Shown here in pieces: positions 48,751-58,541 of a DNA stretch of 64,000 nucleotides (position 1 is the first letter of the stretch; every line of letters starts with the position of its first letter). Under the pieces are notes generated by a model. That model ran no database searches, was not told the DNA's origin, and worked only from the letters and a program-made list of their open reading frames with translations. The DNA is from Bacteroidota bacterium (GTDB taxonomy: Bacteria; Bacteroidota; Bacteroidia; UKL13-3), in NCBI GenBank assembly GCA_037141455.1, contig JBAXCN010000006.1:2156-66155 (forward strand), given 5' to 3'. Made by a program: the position numbers and the translations under genes.

Positions 48751-50936
48751 TGGGCCACAGTTATTTTATTGGTTTTTTTTATCTCTATGGAGTTAATATT
48801 TCCTTCCATTATATGTATTTTAGCTTTGGTATCGTTACTGGTATTAAATAGCGTTTTTAGTTTTACCTCACTATTTAAAACTATGTTTTTAGTGTATAAA
48901 TAATCATCAATTTCAGAATAATTTAAAATGTATTGTGCTTTTAAAGTATTTTTAAAAGGCAATATAAAATCGTTGAAAAACCTTTTTGAAATATTAAAAA
49001 CTTGGTATACTGGCAACGAGTCTTCTATTACCATGTCTTTATAAAAACTAAAAACTACTTTGTTTAACACTGTATAAAAAGTATATAAAAAACTATTTTT
49101 ATTTCCTTCAAAATTGGTAAAATAAAACTTAATTCCATCGTTAACAAACCAAGCCAACGCCTTTGTTTTATAACAATAAATGTATGAATGGTTATTAATA
49201 TCTGTAAATACTTCCCATTTTACAAACTCGTTTTTATTGCCTGTTTTTATGTTCCAATTAATTTTTTTGCCGGGTATAAAGTGGAAAGCATTTTTTAATA
49301 AATTGTTCAATGAAGCATTGGCAACTATTTCATTTTCTAACGGAATTCCACTTGAATAATAAATGTAATTGTCGTTTCTTTTAACTACATAATTACTTAA
49401 CGGATATTTTATAGTAGTGGCTTGTATTACCGAGGTTGATTGCAATTGAAAATGTATATGTGGCTCAGGCGAACGACCTGAATTGCCATTGTTTGCCAAC
49501 ATTTGTCCTTTGTACACATAATCGTTAATGGCAACTTTAAAACTATTTTTTTTAATGTGACTAATTTTAGAATACAACTGCTCCGCGTGCTTTATTATAA
49601 TAGTATTGCCCCAGTTTTGTTGCATGTTTACATCACCTACCAAGTTATCGTCAATGCCATCAATTATATCTATTACATACCCATCAGCCGGAGCTAAAAT
49701 TGGCAGCGCGTAACAGTAATAATCTTCTAAGTTGTTTCCTGGCAAACGAAATGTTTTAAGTTCATCGTCTTTTATTACAAAATCCCAAGCATATTGGTAT
49801 TCGTTTTTATGGGTAATGCTTCCATTTTGTCCCTGCGAAATAATCCATTCACCATAAAAAGGCAATCCTATTTTAAAATATACTTCATCGTTGTATCTTT
49901 CTTTTTCGTTTAGGTACCTATACAAGTTTTTTTCAGGTGAAAACAACTGAACTTGAGTCAGTTTTAATTTATCAGCTTTAACTCTATTATATAAAAAATA
50001 AAGCACAATTATAACCATTATATTAAATGGAAGCGAAAATACCGATAACCCCAAAACATTTAAAACTGTGGCTGATGCAGCTATAATTATTGAAATGATT
50101 GGTGCAATAATTATTACCATTAAAAACGAATAAGCATTTGCCAATAAAAAATAACCACCAATTGCTATTGCAGCCAAAATAAAGTTAAAGCCTATGTACG
50201 AATAATTGATTAAATCAATGTTTCCTTGTAGTAAAATAAAAAAATAATAACCACTAATGAAACCAACAATTGAAAGTAAAAACGCAATTCTGGAAAATAT
50301 TAAAAGACCAATTACTATTAAAGAGCCTGCAATAATATTGTATTGAAAAATAATTGCTCCCAACGATTTCAAATAAACTTCAACCAAATGTGGCAATACA
50401 ATACTATCGTAAAAATGATAGGCAGTTACCATTTCCGAACCACCAATTCTTAGTAAATCGTTGTAAACAAAAATACCTCTGTCGTTATTTATTAATGGCG
50501 CAAAATGTGGCGTAGCCAATTGAATTAACCATACTACAAACAAAAAAGGCAAACTTAAATAAGGTAATTTTTTGTTTGCTTGCAAGCCTGCAATTACAAT
50601 AGTAATTATAAATGTTACAAAACTAATAAATGCAGTAAAAACAACTAATTGCCAGCTTGGCTGAAAAGTATAACCTATAAATAAGCCAACCAATAAACTA
50701 TTAAAACCATAGTACCCTTTTGCTACATAAGTTTGGTTAAAGTTTAAAATATGTGCAAATACATTTGTTAAAACTACAGCTAATAGACCATAAACCCCTA
50801 CATATACATCAATAAATGATGCAATTAAAACAAAGAAGGCCAACCAATAACTATCAGCTAAAAACAATTGGGAATAGCTGTTAAGCAATCCATTTGTATG
50901 GTTTTTTAAATGATATTTAAGGTCTATTAATTTCAA
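48735..50936 (-). CDS. Urea-transporter-family membrane domain fused to an M23 peptidase and a C-terminal domain
   Basis: NSYSQLF, GYYGFNSLLVG, LSLPF, GAIIFQ, GFNFIL and FSLPF (UT repeats); H...YAWDF, APADG, NWGN and GNSGRSPEPHIHFQ (M23). Confidence 0.85.
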   Translation of the reverse strand: MKLIDLKYHLKNHTNGLLNSYSQLFLADSYWLAFFVLIASFIDVYVGVYGLLAVVLTNVFAHILNFNQTYVAKGYYGFNSLLVGLFIGYTFQPSWQLVVFTAFISFVTFIITIVIAGLQANKKLPYLSLPFLFVVWLIQLATPHFAPLINNDRGIFVYNDLLRIGGSEMVTAYHFYDSIVLPHLVEVYLKSLGAIIFQYNIIAGSLIVIGLLIFSRIAFLLSIVGFISGYYFFILLQGNIDLINYSYIGFNFILAAIAIGGYFLLANAYSFLMVIIIAPIISIIIAASATVLNVLGLSVFSLPFNIMVIIVLYFLYNRVKADKLKLTQVQLFSPEKNLYRYLNEKERYNDEVYFKIGLPFYGEWIISQGQNGSITHKNEYQYAWDFVIKDDELKTFRLPGNNLEDYYCYALPILAPADGYVIDIIDGIDDNLVGDVNMQQNWGNTIIIKHAEQLYSKISHIKKNSFKVAINDYVYKGQMLANNGNSGRSPEPHIHFQLQSTSVIQATTIKYPLSNYVVKRNDNYIYYSSGIPLENEIVANASLNNLLKNAFHFIPGKKINWNIKTGNKNEFVKWEVFTDINNHSYIYCYKTKALAWFVNDGIKFYFTNFEGNKNSFLYTFYTVLNKVVFSFYKDMVIEDSLPVYQVFNISKRFFNDFILPFKNTLKAQYILNYSEIDDYLYTKNIVLNSEVKLKTLFNTSNDTKAKIHIMEGNINSIEIKKTNKITVAQCEIL

Positions 50937-50961
50937 TTTTAAATGATAAAATGCGCTTTAT

Positions 50962-52320
50962 TTAAAGTTTAAATTCTTTTAAATATGCTGGAGTTTCTTC
51001 TAAACTATTCATGTACTCCAAAGTTTCTTTTTTACGAATTAAATGAGGTTTACCATCCATGTCTATTATTACTACATTTGGCCTCATAGATATAAATTGC
51101 ATCCACTGAGTCATGTTGTAAGCACCTACAGTATGCACTACCACATTATCGCCTTTTTTCATTGGTGGTAAAGTTACATTTTCTCTTATTACATCAATGT
51201 TCATACACAATGGGCCATAAATTACTGAATCTTCGGTATAATGGCTAAACTCTTGCGCTGGTGATATTTTATGTTCGTACCAAAACGAAGTAAATAATAA
51301 ATTTACACCAAAATCCATAATGGTAGCTTTGCGTCCATCGCTTAATCGTTTGTTAGCCAAAACAGTTCCCAATAAATAACCTGCATCATCAACCAACGAA
51401 CGGCCACTTTCTAATATTAATAATGGTAATTCATCTTTACTGTAATCCGAATTTAATAAAGCCGAACAGATAGCTTCTGCATAATCATCAAAACTTGGCA
51501 CCGAATCGGCACCCATTAAATAAGAACCTTTAAGCGTATTGCGCGAAGCAAACCCTCCTCCCATATCAATATAAGTAATGTTTTTGCCAAACTTAGTTTT
51601 TATATGATAAGCCAAATCGGATAACTTGGTAGCTGCAACAGCATAAGCACTTGGGGTTAACATAAATGTTCCAATATGCGTATGCAAGCCTATTAAATCC
51701 ATTTTATCGGTTAAAATAATTTTGTTAATGGCATCCCAAGCTTGACCACTTTCATAATTAAATCCAAACCTATCCCACATTGGGTAAACTCCAGTATCCA
51801 TGTTTACTCTAATGGCTACTTTAGGTCGCTTTTTTAACTCTTCGGTTAACTCAATAATTCTGTATAGTTCATCTAAATGATCAATATGAATCATTGACTC
51901 ATTGTTAATGGCCAGTACTAAATCTTCATCAGTTTTATCAGGCCCATTAAATATTATTTTATTGCCGGGTACTCCGTTTAATAAAGCTTTTTTATACTCG
52001 AATCCCGAAACCACTTCTGACCAACTTCCTTCTTGGTGAAAAACGCTACAAATGGCATTGTTATAATGTGTTTTATAACTCCATGCAAACTGCACCTTTG
52101 GATACCTTGTAGTAAATGCACGTACTGCATCTTTGTATGTTTTTCTAATAGTTTGCTCACTCATTACGAATAATGGCGAACCAAATTCTGCTATTAAATC
52201 TTTTACTTTTGCACCATCTATATTGGTAAATGGAGTGTACTCAGTTCTAGTACCGTACTTGTTCATTACGCCAGTATTTAATTTTTTAATTACTGGTCTT
52301 TCATATCTTAGTTTTTCCAT
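50962..52320 (-). CDS. Fold-III PLP-dependent decarboxylase (LysA/Orn-DAP-Arg family), substrate uncertain
   Basis: SYKT, EVVSGFE, FNGPDK, HTHIG, DMGGGF, ESGR, GPLCMNID and GAY motifs. Confidence 0.9.
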   Translation of the reverse strand: MEKLRYERPVIKKLNTGVMNKYGTRTEYTPFTNIDGAKVKDLIAEFGSPLFVMSEQTIRKTYKDAVRAFTTRYPKVQFAWSYKTHYNNAICSVFHQEGSWSEVVSGFEYKKALLNGVPGNKIIFNGPDKTDEDLVLAINNESMIHIDHLDELYRIIELTEELKKRPKVAIRVNMDTGVYPMWDRFGFNYESGQAWDAINKIILTDKMDLIGLHTHIGTFMLTPSAYAVAATKLSDLAYHIKTKFGKNITYIDMGGGFASRNTLKGSYLMGADSVPSFDDYAEAICSALLNSDYSKDELPLLILESGRSLVDDAGYLLGTVLANKRLSDGRKATIMDFGVNLLFTSFWYEHKISPAQEFSHYTEDSVIYGPLCMNIDVIRENVTLPPMKKGDNVVVHTVGAYNMTQWMQFISMRPNVVIIDMDGKPHLIRKKETLEYMNSLEETPAYLKEFKL

Positions 52321-52335
52321 TGTTTTTATGTTTAA

Positions 52336-52440
52336 GCCTCTGGCTGCTGGCTGCTGGCCTCTAGCTAATTTATTTTACTTGGTTGAATATTATTTTACTT
52401 TTTGTATTTGTTAGAAGCCAGAGGCCAGAAGCTAGAAGCC
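52336..52440. repeat. Inverted heptamer arrays (GCCTCTG/GCTGCTG/GCTGCTG/GCCTCTA ... GTTAGAA/GCCAGAG/GCCAGAA/GCTAGAA)
   Basis: Read directly; same family as 3922-4022. Confidence 0.75.
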
Positions 52441-52442
52441 AA

Positions 52443-53489
52443 CTATAGCTCCCCTACCGTTGATATCTGTTCAAATTCTTTTAAATCTACAATCATATCG
52501 TACGAGTAACGAATAAACATTTTACCTATTTCATAATCGCCAAATGGTTCAACAGGTAAGTTTAAAGCTAATTTTACTAGTGCTTCTGGTTGGTTATGTC
52601 CGCAGCCGGCAGCTAAGTATACCCAAGCAGGAAAACGTGGATTTATTTCTAATAAATAATATTTGTTTTCGGCTGTTTTAATAAACTCTAACTCCATTCC
52701 GCCTCGCCACTTCGATGACGAAATAACTTGTTTAGCAATATTTACCAACTCATCGTCATCTAATGAAATACCCGCCCAAGCTTTGCCTTTGTCGGTAATA
52801 AATAACTTGCGCATGGGCACTGCACTAATGGCATTTCCTTTTCCATCGCCCAATGCTGTAACGTTTACCTCACTTCCAAAAACATATTCTTGTATAATAA
52901 TAGGCAAGCCCCACTTAGTGCTTAGTTTATTAAAATAATTCCCAACTTGTTCGGCATTGTATGCAATATATGCTTCATAAAACTTGCCTTTAACCACCAT
53001 TGGGTAAGTAAACTCACTGGCAATAGTTGGTATTTCGGCAGTGCTAAACATCATTTTACTAAATGGAACATGTACGCCATGTTTTTCGCCAAATTCATAC
53101 AAGTTGGCTTTATGTCTTTCGTCAAATTGCTCTTGTGTTGGTAAAAACATGTTTATAGCTAATTCTGATTTAAGCCTATTTTCTATTTTCATAAAATTAG
53201 CTAATTCAGCATCAAAATTTGGAATAATTACATCAATCATTTCTTGCACATTTATGTAGTTCAATCGTTCCATTAATGAATCAATTCCAGAACCTGGCAA
53301 AGGAATTTGGTAAGATTTATCAACCAAATTGTGCATGTATAATCCTGGCTCCAATGTTTCATAACTCAAGCCTATAATCCTTACATCAAAATCTTTGCTT
53401 TCTTTTAAAGCACGTATTACTGGTATTCCTGGGCCAGGACTATCAATATTGTTTAATCCCGATACTGCTACCGTTATTTTTTGTTTCAT
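52443..53489 (-). CDS. ATP-grasp carboxylate-amine ligase
   Basis: YPMVVKG, IIQEYV.G.E, GMELE and LLEINPRFPAW motifs. Confidence 0.9.
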   Translation of the reverse strand: MKQKITVAVSGLNNIDSPGPGIPVIRALKESKDFDVRIIGLSYETLEPGLYMHNLVDKSYQIPLPGSGIDSLMERLNYINVQEMIDVIIPNFDAELANFMKIENRLKSELAINMFLPTQEQFDERHKANLYEFGEKHGVHVPFSKMMFSTAEIPTIASEFTYPMVVKGKFYEAYIAYNAEQVGNYFNKLSTKWGLPIIIQEYVFGSEVNVTALGDGKGNAISAVPMRKLFITDKGKAWAGISLDDDELVNIAKQVISSSKWRGGMELEFIKTAENKYYLLEINPRFPAWVYLAAGCGHNQPEALVKLALNLPVEPFGDYEIGKMFIRYSYDMIVDLKEFEQISTVGEL

Positions 53490-53510
53490 CACTTTTGTTT
53501 TAAATAAAAA

Positions 53511-53759
53511 TTATTCAGTTTCCTCTGCAACTTGGTTGTTTTGCAACATCATTACAAAATCGTAATAATCTTTTTCAAAAGTTGATTCATCGGCATTATA
53601 TTTAGTTAAAATAGTTTTTCTAATTTCGTCTTTGCCTTTATCGTCTTTTAGCATTCTTATTATCTCTAAACCAATGGGATTAGTGCTAAATGAATCGCCT
53701 GTAGTAGGATTAAAAATAAACCCTGATTCACTGATTGCTACATTCTTTTTTATTTTCAT
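53511..53759 (-). CDS. Stand-alone PqqD-family/RRE peptide-binding protein
   Basis: About 82 aa: GFIFNPTTGDSFSTNPIGLEII.ML...I...Y..D....EKD..DF...L, the three-strand plus three-helix RRE pattern. Confidence 0.85.
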   Translation of the reverse strand: MKIKKNVAISESGFIFNPTTGDSFSTNPIGLEIIRMLKDDKGKDEIRKTILTKYNADESTFEKDYYDFVMMLQNNQVAEETE

Positions 53760-53960
53760 AATTGTACGTTTAAAAAATGCTAAATTATTCAATACAACAT
53801 TGCATTTTTATTAAAATGATTCTGTTATAATATTTAAAATATTTGTTATAAAATTAGGTTTATTGCTTTTGGTTGTTGAGGAAAACATTCGCTGAAATAA
53901 GTTCGAAGTGGTGTTTAGGCTCCCCTCAAAGATTAATTTCAGTTAATGGTAAACAATAAT

Positions 53961-54171
53961 AAACGTTATTCTTTAAGCATCTTTTTTTTGTATAGTTTGT
54001 TAACTAATAGAATAGTATTATTAAAAAAGGAGGATTCCTGCGGAATGACAGCAGTATAGCAGGGCACTAACAAACGTCATGCTTTAAGGATCTTCCTTTT
54101 TTAAAGACTTGATTAACTAATAATATAGTGTATTAAATAAAGGGTTCCGCTCAAGTGGAAATGCGGAATGA
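53961..54171. repeat. Imperfect ~110-bp tandem duplication ending in GCGGAATGA REP-like motifs
   Basis: aaacgt.at.ctttaag.atctt...ttaactaata...tag...attaaa.aagg...GCGGAATGA occurs twice. Confidence 0.6.
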
Positions 54172-54195
54172 ATATGTTATTTTAACTTTGAATTT

Positions 54196-54786
54196 TTAAA
54201 TCAATTGATCCAAAGGAATTCTTGGCTTTATTGGCAACAATTTGTATTCACTCACTGAAAAGTTTGTAATTTGTTTAAACTGATTGCTTAAATACTGAAC
54301 ACTGCTATAACCCATTTGGTATGAAATTTCGCTTAAGGTCATTTCGTTATAACTTAGTAGTTCCTTCACCCTTTCAATTTTAACTAATATAATATATTTT
54401 TCTAATGTAACCGGGGCATTATCGCTAAACAATTTACTCAAAAAACTATAGGGTTGTGCTAGCTTGTCGCTTAAATAATCTGAATTTCTTATTATAGTAT
54501 TTAAATTATTTCCGTAATAAATCATTTCTAAAACTGCTACTTTTATTGCTTCAAATAAGGCAGTTTCTTTATCATATATTAAATCAAAACCTAACTCTTG
54601 AAGCTTTTTTTGAAAGTTTATAAAATCGAATTTACCTTCTTTTAATTGAACTTGTGCAGCACCTAAATATACTTTTTCAATTAAAATATTTGGAATAGTT
54701 CCAAGCAAATTTTGTACTAACGAAATACACCTAGAACTAACCATGTTCCTAATTTGTAATACAATATATTTATTAGTATCATTCAT
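54196..54786 (-). CDS. AraC family regulator with HMA-like N-terminus
   Basis: IRNMVSSRC; KIERVKELL, LSEI...MGYSSVQYLSNQFK motifs. Confidence 0.9.
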   Translation of the reverse strand: MNDTNKYIVLQIRNMVSSRCISLVQNLLGTIPNILIEKVYLGAAQVQLKEGKFDFINFQKKLQELGFDLIYDKETALFEAIKVAVLEMIYYGNNLNTIIRNSDYLSDKLAQPYSFLSKLFSDNAPVTLEKYIILVKIERVKELLSYNEMTLSEISYQMGYSSVQYLSNQFKQITNFSVSEYKLLPIKPRIPLDQLI

Positions 54787-54905
54787 TTATTGGTTGCAAT
54801 TAATACTTTAATTTTTAAACTCTAAAAAAAAAATTTGTTTTATTTTACTTAAAACAATTAAGTATATTATTAATATATTAATTTGCCAACCTTGTTAAAA
54901 TATAT

Positions 54906-56444
54906 ATGGACAAACGTAAACATTTAATTGAATTAAGAGAACAGTCAAAACTTGGTGGAGGAATTGATAGAATTGCTTCTCAGCATAAAAAAGGGAAATT
55001 AACGGCCAGAGAACGTATTCACTTTTTGTTTGATGAAGGTAGTTTTGAAGAAATTGGTGCATTTGTAATGCACCGCTCTAAAGATTTTGGAATGGAAAGC
55101 CAACAGTTTCTTGGAGATGGCGTAATAACAGGCTATGGCACAATCAATGGCAGATTTGTTTATGCTTTTTCGCAAGATTTTACTGTTTTTGGTGGTTCGC
55201 TTTCCGAAACCCATGCCGAAAAAATATGTAAACTAATGGACTTAGCCATGAAAAATGGTGCTCCTTTAATTGGTTTAAACGACAGTGGTGGAGCTAGAAT
55301 ACAGGAAGGTGTAGTTTCTCTTGGTGGTTATGCTGATATTTTTTATAGAAATACCATGGCAAGTGGAGTTATTCCTCAATTATCAGCAATTATGGGTCCT
55401 TGTGCTGGTGGTGCCGTTTATAGCCCAGCCATTACCGATTTTATAATGATGGTAGAAAATACTAGTTATATGTTTGTAACTGGTCCAAATGTGGTTAAAA
55501 CAGTTACGCACGAAGAAGTTAGTAGTGAAGATTTAGGTGGAGCTTCGGTTCATTCAACCAAAAGCGGTGTGGCGCATTTTACTGCTGCAAACGAAATTGA
55601 TTGTATCAGTCAACTTAAAAAACTGATTAGTTATATGCCCGATAATTGCGAAGAGAAAGCAATTGATTTAAGTTATGAATTGACAGATGAAAACAGGTTA
55701 AAACTTGCTGAAATTATTCCAGAAAATGCCAATCAACCATACGATATAAGAGACGTAATAACTGAAGTTATTGATGAAGATAGTTTTTATGAAGTTCATA
55801 AAAATTATGCTGAAAATATTGTAGTTGGTTTTGCACGTTTGGCTGGTAAAAGTATAGGAATTGTTGCCAATCAACCGGCATACTTAGCTGGTGTTTTAGA
55901 TATACATTCATCGCAAAAAGCAGCTCGTTTTGTTCGTTTCTGCGATTGCTTTAATATTCCATTATTGGTTTTTGAAGATGTACCTGGTTTTTTACCAGGA
56001 ACCGACCAAGAGTGGAATGCCATTATTACCAACGGAGCAAAACTTTTGTATGCATTTTGCGAAGCAACTGTTCCGCGTATTACAGTTATTACGCGTAAAG
56101 CTTATGGTGGCGCTTACGATGTGATGAATTCAAAACACATTGGAGCTGATATGAATTTTGCTTGGCCTAGTGCAGAAATTGCGGTAATGGGAGCTAAAGG
56201 TGCCGCTGAAATTATATTTAAAAAGGACATTGATAAAGCTGCCGATCCAATAGTTGAACTTGCAGCAAAAGAAAAAGAATATGCGGGTATTTTTGCAAAT
56301 CCATATAGAGCTGCCGAGCGTGGTTTTATTGATGAAGTAATTTTACCAGAAGAAACTAGAATAAAACTGATTAAAGCATTTAAAATGCTTGAAAATAAAG
56401 TAGTGAATTTGCCAAGGAAAAAACATGGTAATATTCCGCTTTAG
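54906..56444 (+). CDS. pccB: Acyl-CoA (propionyl/methylmalonyl-CoA) carboxyltransferase beta subunit
   Basis: [38 protein letters not shown] and KKHGNIPL motifs. Confidence 0.93.
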   Translation: MDKRKHLIELREQSKLGGGIDRIASQHKKGKLTARERIHFLFDEGSFEEIGAFVMHRSKDFGMESQQFLGDGVITGYGTINGRFVYAFSQDFTVFGGSLSETHAEKICKLMDLAMKNGAPLIGLNDSGGARIQEGVVSLGGYADIFYRNTMASGVIPQLSAIMGPCAGGAVYSPAITDFIMMVENTSYMFVTGPNVVKTVTHEEVSSEDLGGASVHSTKSGVAHFTAANEIDCISQLKKLISYMPDNCEEKAIDLSYELTDENRLKLAEIIPENANQPYDIRDVITEVIDEDSFYEVHKNYAENIVVGFARLAGKSIGIVANQPAYLAGVLDIHSSQKAARFVRFCDCFNIPLLVFEDVPGFLPGTDQEWNAIITNGAKLLYAFCEATVPRITVITRKAYGGAYDVMNSKHIGADMNFAWPSAEIAVMGAKGAAEIIFKKDIDKAADPIVELAAKEKEYAGIFANPYRAAERGFIDEVILPEETRIKLIKAFKMLENKVVNLPRKKHGNIPL

Positions 56445-56491
56445 TTAATTAAATTACAGTTTTAAATTCAATTTGCTATTATTGCATTTAC

Positions 56492-57469
56492 ATGCAAAAA
56501 ACGGGTAATGTATATAAACTAACTGCTTTGTGGGCTTTTTCTGAATGTAGTTTAGGCGGTATAATGCATTTATTTAAAATTCCTTTTACTGGATTTTTTG
56601 TTGGTGGATTTGCTGTTATTTTAATTGGTTTAATTTCATTTTATAGCAATCAAAATTATAAGACTTTAACACAAGCAACTTTGCTAGTATTAATGGTTAA
56701 GGCTGCTGTTAGTCCACAATCGCCACCTGCTGCATACTTTGCCGTATTATTTCAAGGTTTTATTGGTGCAATTATTTTTAGCTCACTTGGTTTTAAATTA
56801 ATAAGTACTTTGTTATTTGGAGTTATTGCAATGGTTGAATCGAGCTTGCAATTAATTATCAATAAAACCATTTTTTATGGATTAAACTTTTGGAAAGCCA
56901 TTGATTTATTATTTAATAATATTTTAAACGAATTTGGTTTACTTTTATCTCAATCATTTAGCTTAGTTTTGATTTCAATGTATGTTTTATTGTATGCCAT
57001 ATGGGGTTTATTATTAGGTTATTGGTGTTATTTTTTACCAAATAAACTTAGCAATAAATGGGCTGTTATTTCAAAAGAAATTGAATCAAATATATCAATT
57101 GAATTAAGTTCAAAAAAGCAAAACAATTTTAACTTTAAATGGATTGGCATTTTAAGTACGTTACTTTTTGTAGTTGTAGTTTTATATGTAAATGGAGGGA
57201 AAATATGGATTGGTATTTTTTTAATTTTAAGAACAATAGCAATAATGGCCTTTTTAAGTTTTGTAGTTGCCCCATTTGTAATATATTATATTAAAAAAAA
57301 ATCGTTAAGTAATCAAAATAGTATTAATTTAATACTTGTTGATTTACCAAAAATGAAAAATAATTCATTGTTAGCAATGCAATTGGCAAGTAAAAACAAA
57401 AACGTTATTGTTAAGTATAAAGCTTTCATTGAAAATATAATTGTCATAACTTTATACCATGAATCCTAA
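56492..57469 (+). CDS. Multi-pass membrane protein of unknown function
   Basis: LWAFSE..LGG.MH..KIPFTG; about 8 hydrophobic segments. Confidence 0.75.
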   Translation: MQKTGNVYKLTALWAFSECSLGGIMHLFKIPFTGFFVGGFAVILIGLISFYSNQNYKTLTQATLLVLMVKAAVSPQSPPAAYFAVLFQGFIGAIIFSSLGFKLISTLLFGVIAMVESSLQLIINKTIFYGLNFWKAIDLLFNNILNEFGLLLSQSFSLVLISMYVLLYAIWGLLLGYWCYFLPNKLSNKWAVISKEIESNISIELSSKKQNNFNFKWIGILSTLLFVVVVLYVNGGKIWIGIFLILRTIAIMAFLSFVVAPFVIYYIKKKSLSNQNSINLILVDLPKMKNNSLLAMQLASKNKNVIVKYKAFIENIIVITLYHES

Positions 57470-58541
57470 TATTTATATTTTAAGTAAAGCAATTAAAACT
57501 GGCAAAACTACTGAATTATTAAATTGGTGTAATTTACAAAAAAATGCAGGTGGCATTTTAACTCCAGATGTTAATGGAAATAGAAAATTGTTTGATATTG
57601 AAACCAAAGAATATTTCGATTTTGAAGCTAGTGCAACATCAAATGATAGTGAAGTTACATTAGTTGGTAGATTTCGTTTTTATAATTCTGCTTTTACTTT
57701 AGCCCAACAAATTTTAAATAAAAATACAGATAAAAACTATTTAATAATTGACGAAATTGGACGTTTAGAAATAAACCAAAACATTGGTTTAGAACCTGTT
57801 TTAAAAGAAATAATTAGCCAATATGTAAACAATTCTATCGAAGGTAACTTAATTCTTGTTGTTCGAGATTATTTGCTTTTAGAATGCATAGAAAAGTATA
57901 AATTATTTAATGCTAAAATTATTCAATCGGTAAGTGAAATAACAGGTGAAAACAATTTAATTGGATTGATTTTAGGTGGGGGAAAAAGCTCCCGAATGCA
58001 TACTGATAAAGCATTTTTAATATATCGAAATAAAGAGCAAGTATATTTTTTAAGCGACCAATTGAAATATATTTGTAATGATGTTTTTATTTCATTGAAT
58101 CACACTCAAAAGCTCAATCTAAATCAACAATATCAGTATTTATACGATAATGCAGCATTTGAAAACTCTGGTCCTATTGGTGCTTTATTAACTGCTTTGG
58201 AGTTTAAAAAAAACGTTTCTTTTTTTGTATTGGGTTGCGATTATCCTTTATTAGATTTAAATGATATTTTAAAAATAAAAAACCTTTTTTTTACACATAA
58301 TAAAACTGTTTCCTATTTTAATAATGAAACCAATTTTAGGGAACCGCTTTTAGCAATTTATCATAAAAACGATTTAGAAAAACTATTGCAATTTTATAAA
58401 AATGGTAATACTAGTTTACAACAATTTTTAAATGAAATTGAAGCTGTAAAAATTATACCGAGTGATTTGAAAAATATAACCAGTGTAGATACTTTAATAG
58501 ATTTTGAAAAATTTAAAACAAACAACTTTCAAACATTATGA
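57459..58541 (+). CDS. mobA: Fusion of a P-loop NTPase (NTPase_1-like) and molybdenum cofactor guanylyltransferase
   Basis: KTGKTT and IIDEIGRLE, then LILGGGKSSRM.TDKA, GPIGAL, LGCDYP and EPLLAIY. Confidence 0.8.
   Translation: MNPNIYILSKAIKTGKTTELLNWCNLQKNAGGILTPDVNGNRKLFDIETKEYFDFEASATSNDSEVTLVGRFRFYNSAFTLAQQILNKNTDKNYLIIDEIGRLEINQNIGLEPVLKEIISQYVNNSIEGNLILVVRDYLLLECIEKYKLFNAKIIQSVSEITGENNLIGLILGGGKSSRMHTDKAFLIYRNKEQVYFLSDQLKYICNDVFISLNHTQKLNLNQQYQYLYDNAAFENSGPIGALLTALEFKKNVSFFVLGCDYPLLDLNDILKIKNLFFTHNKTVSYFNNETNFREPLLAIYHKNDLEKLLQFYKNGNTSLQQFLNEIEAVKIIPSDLKNITSVDTLIDFEKFKTNNFQTL

Noticed and set aside
50962-52320. Assigning the symbol lysA
   Set aside because: The substrate-specificity motifs diverge and the gene context is not lysine biosynthesis.
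53760-54195. Separate precursor peptide gene upstream of the RRE
   Set aside because: I found no convincing small ORF with a leader motif here or in 52321-52442; the region is mostly AT-rich sequence and a duplicated repeat. A very short ORF or a distant precursor cannot be excluded.
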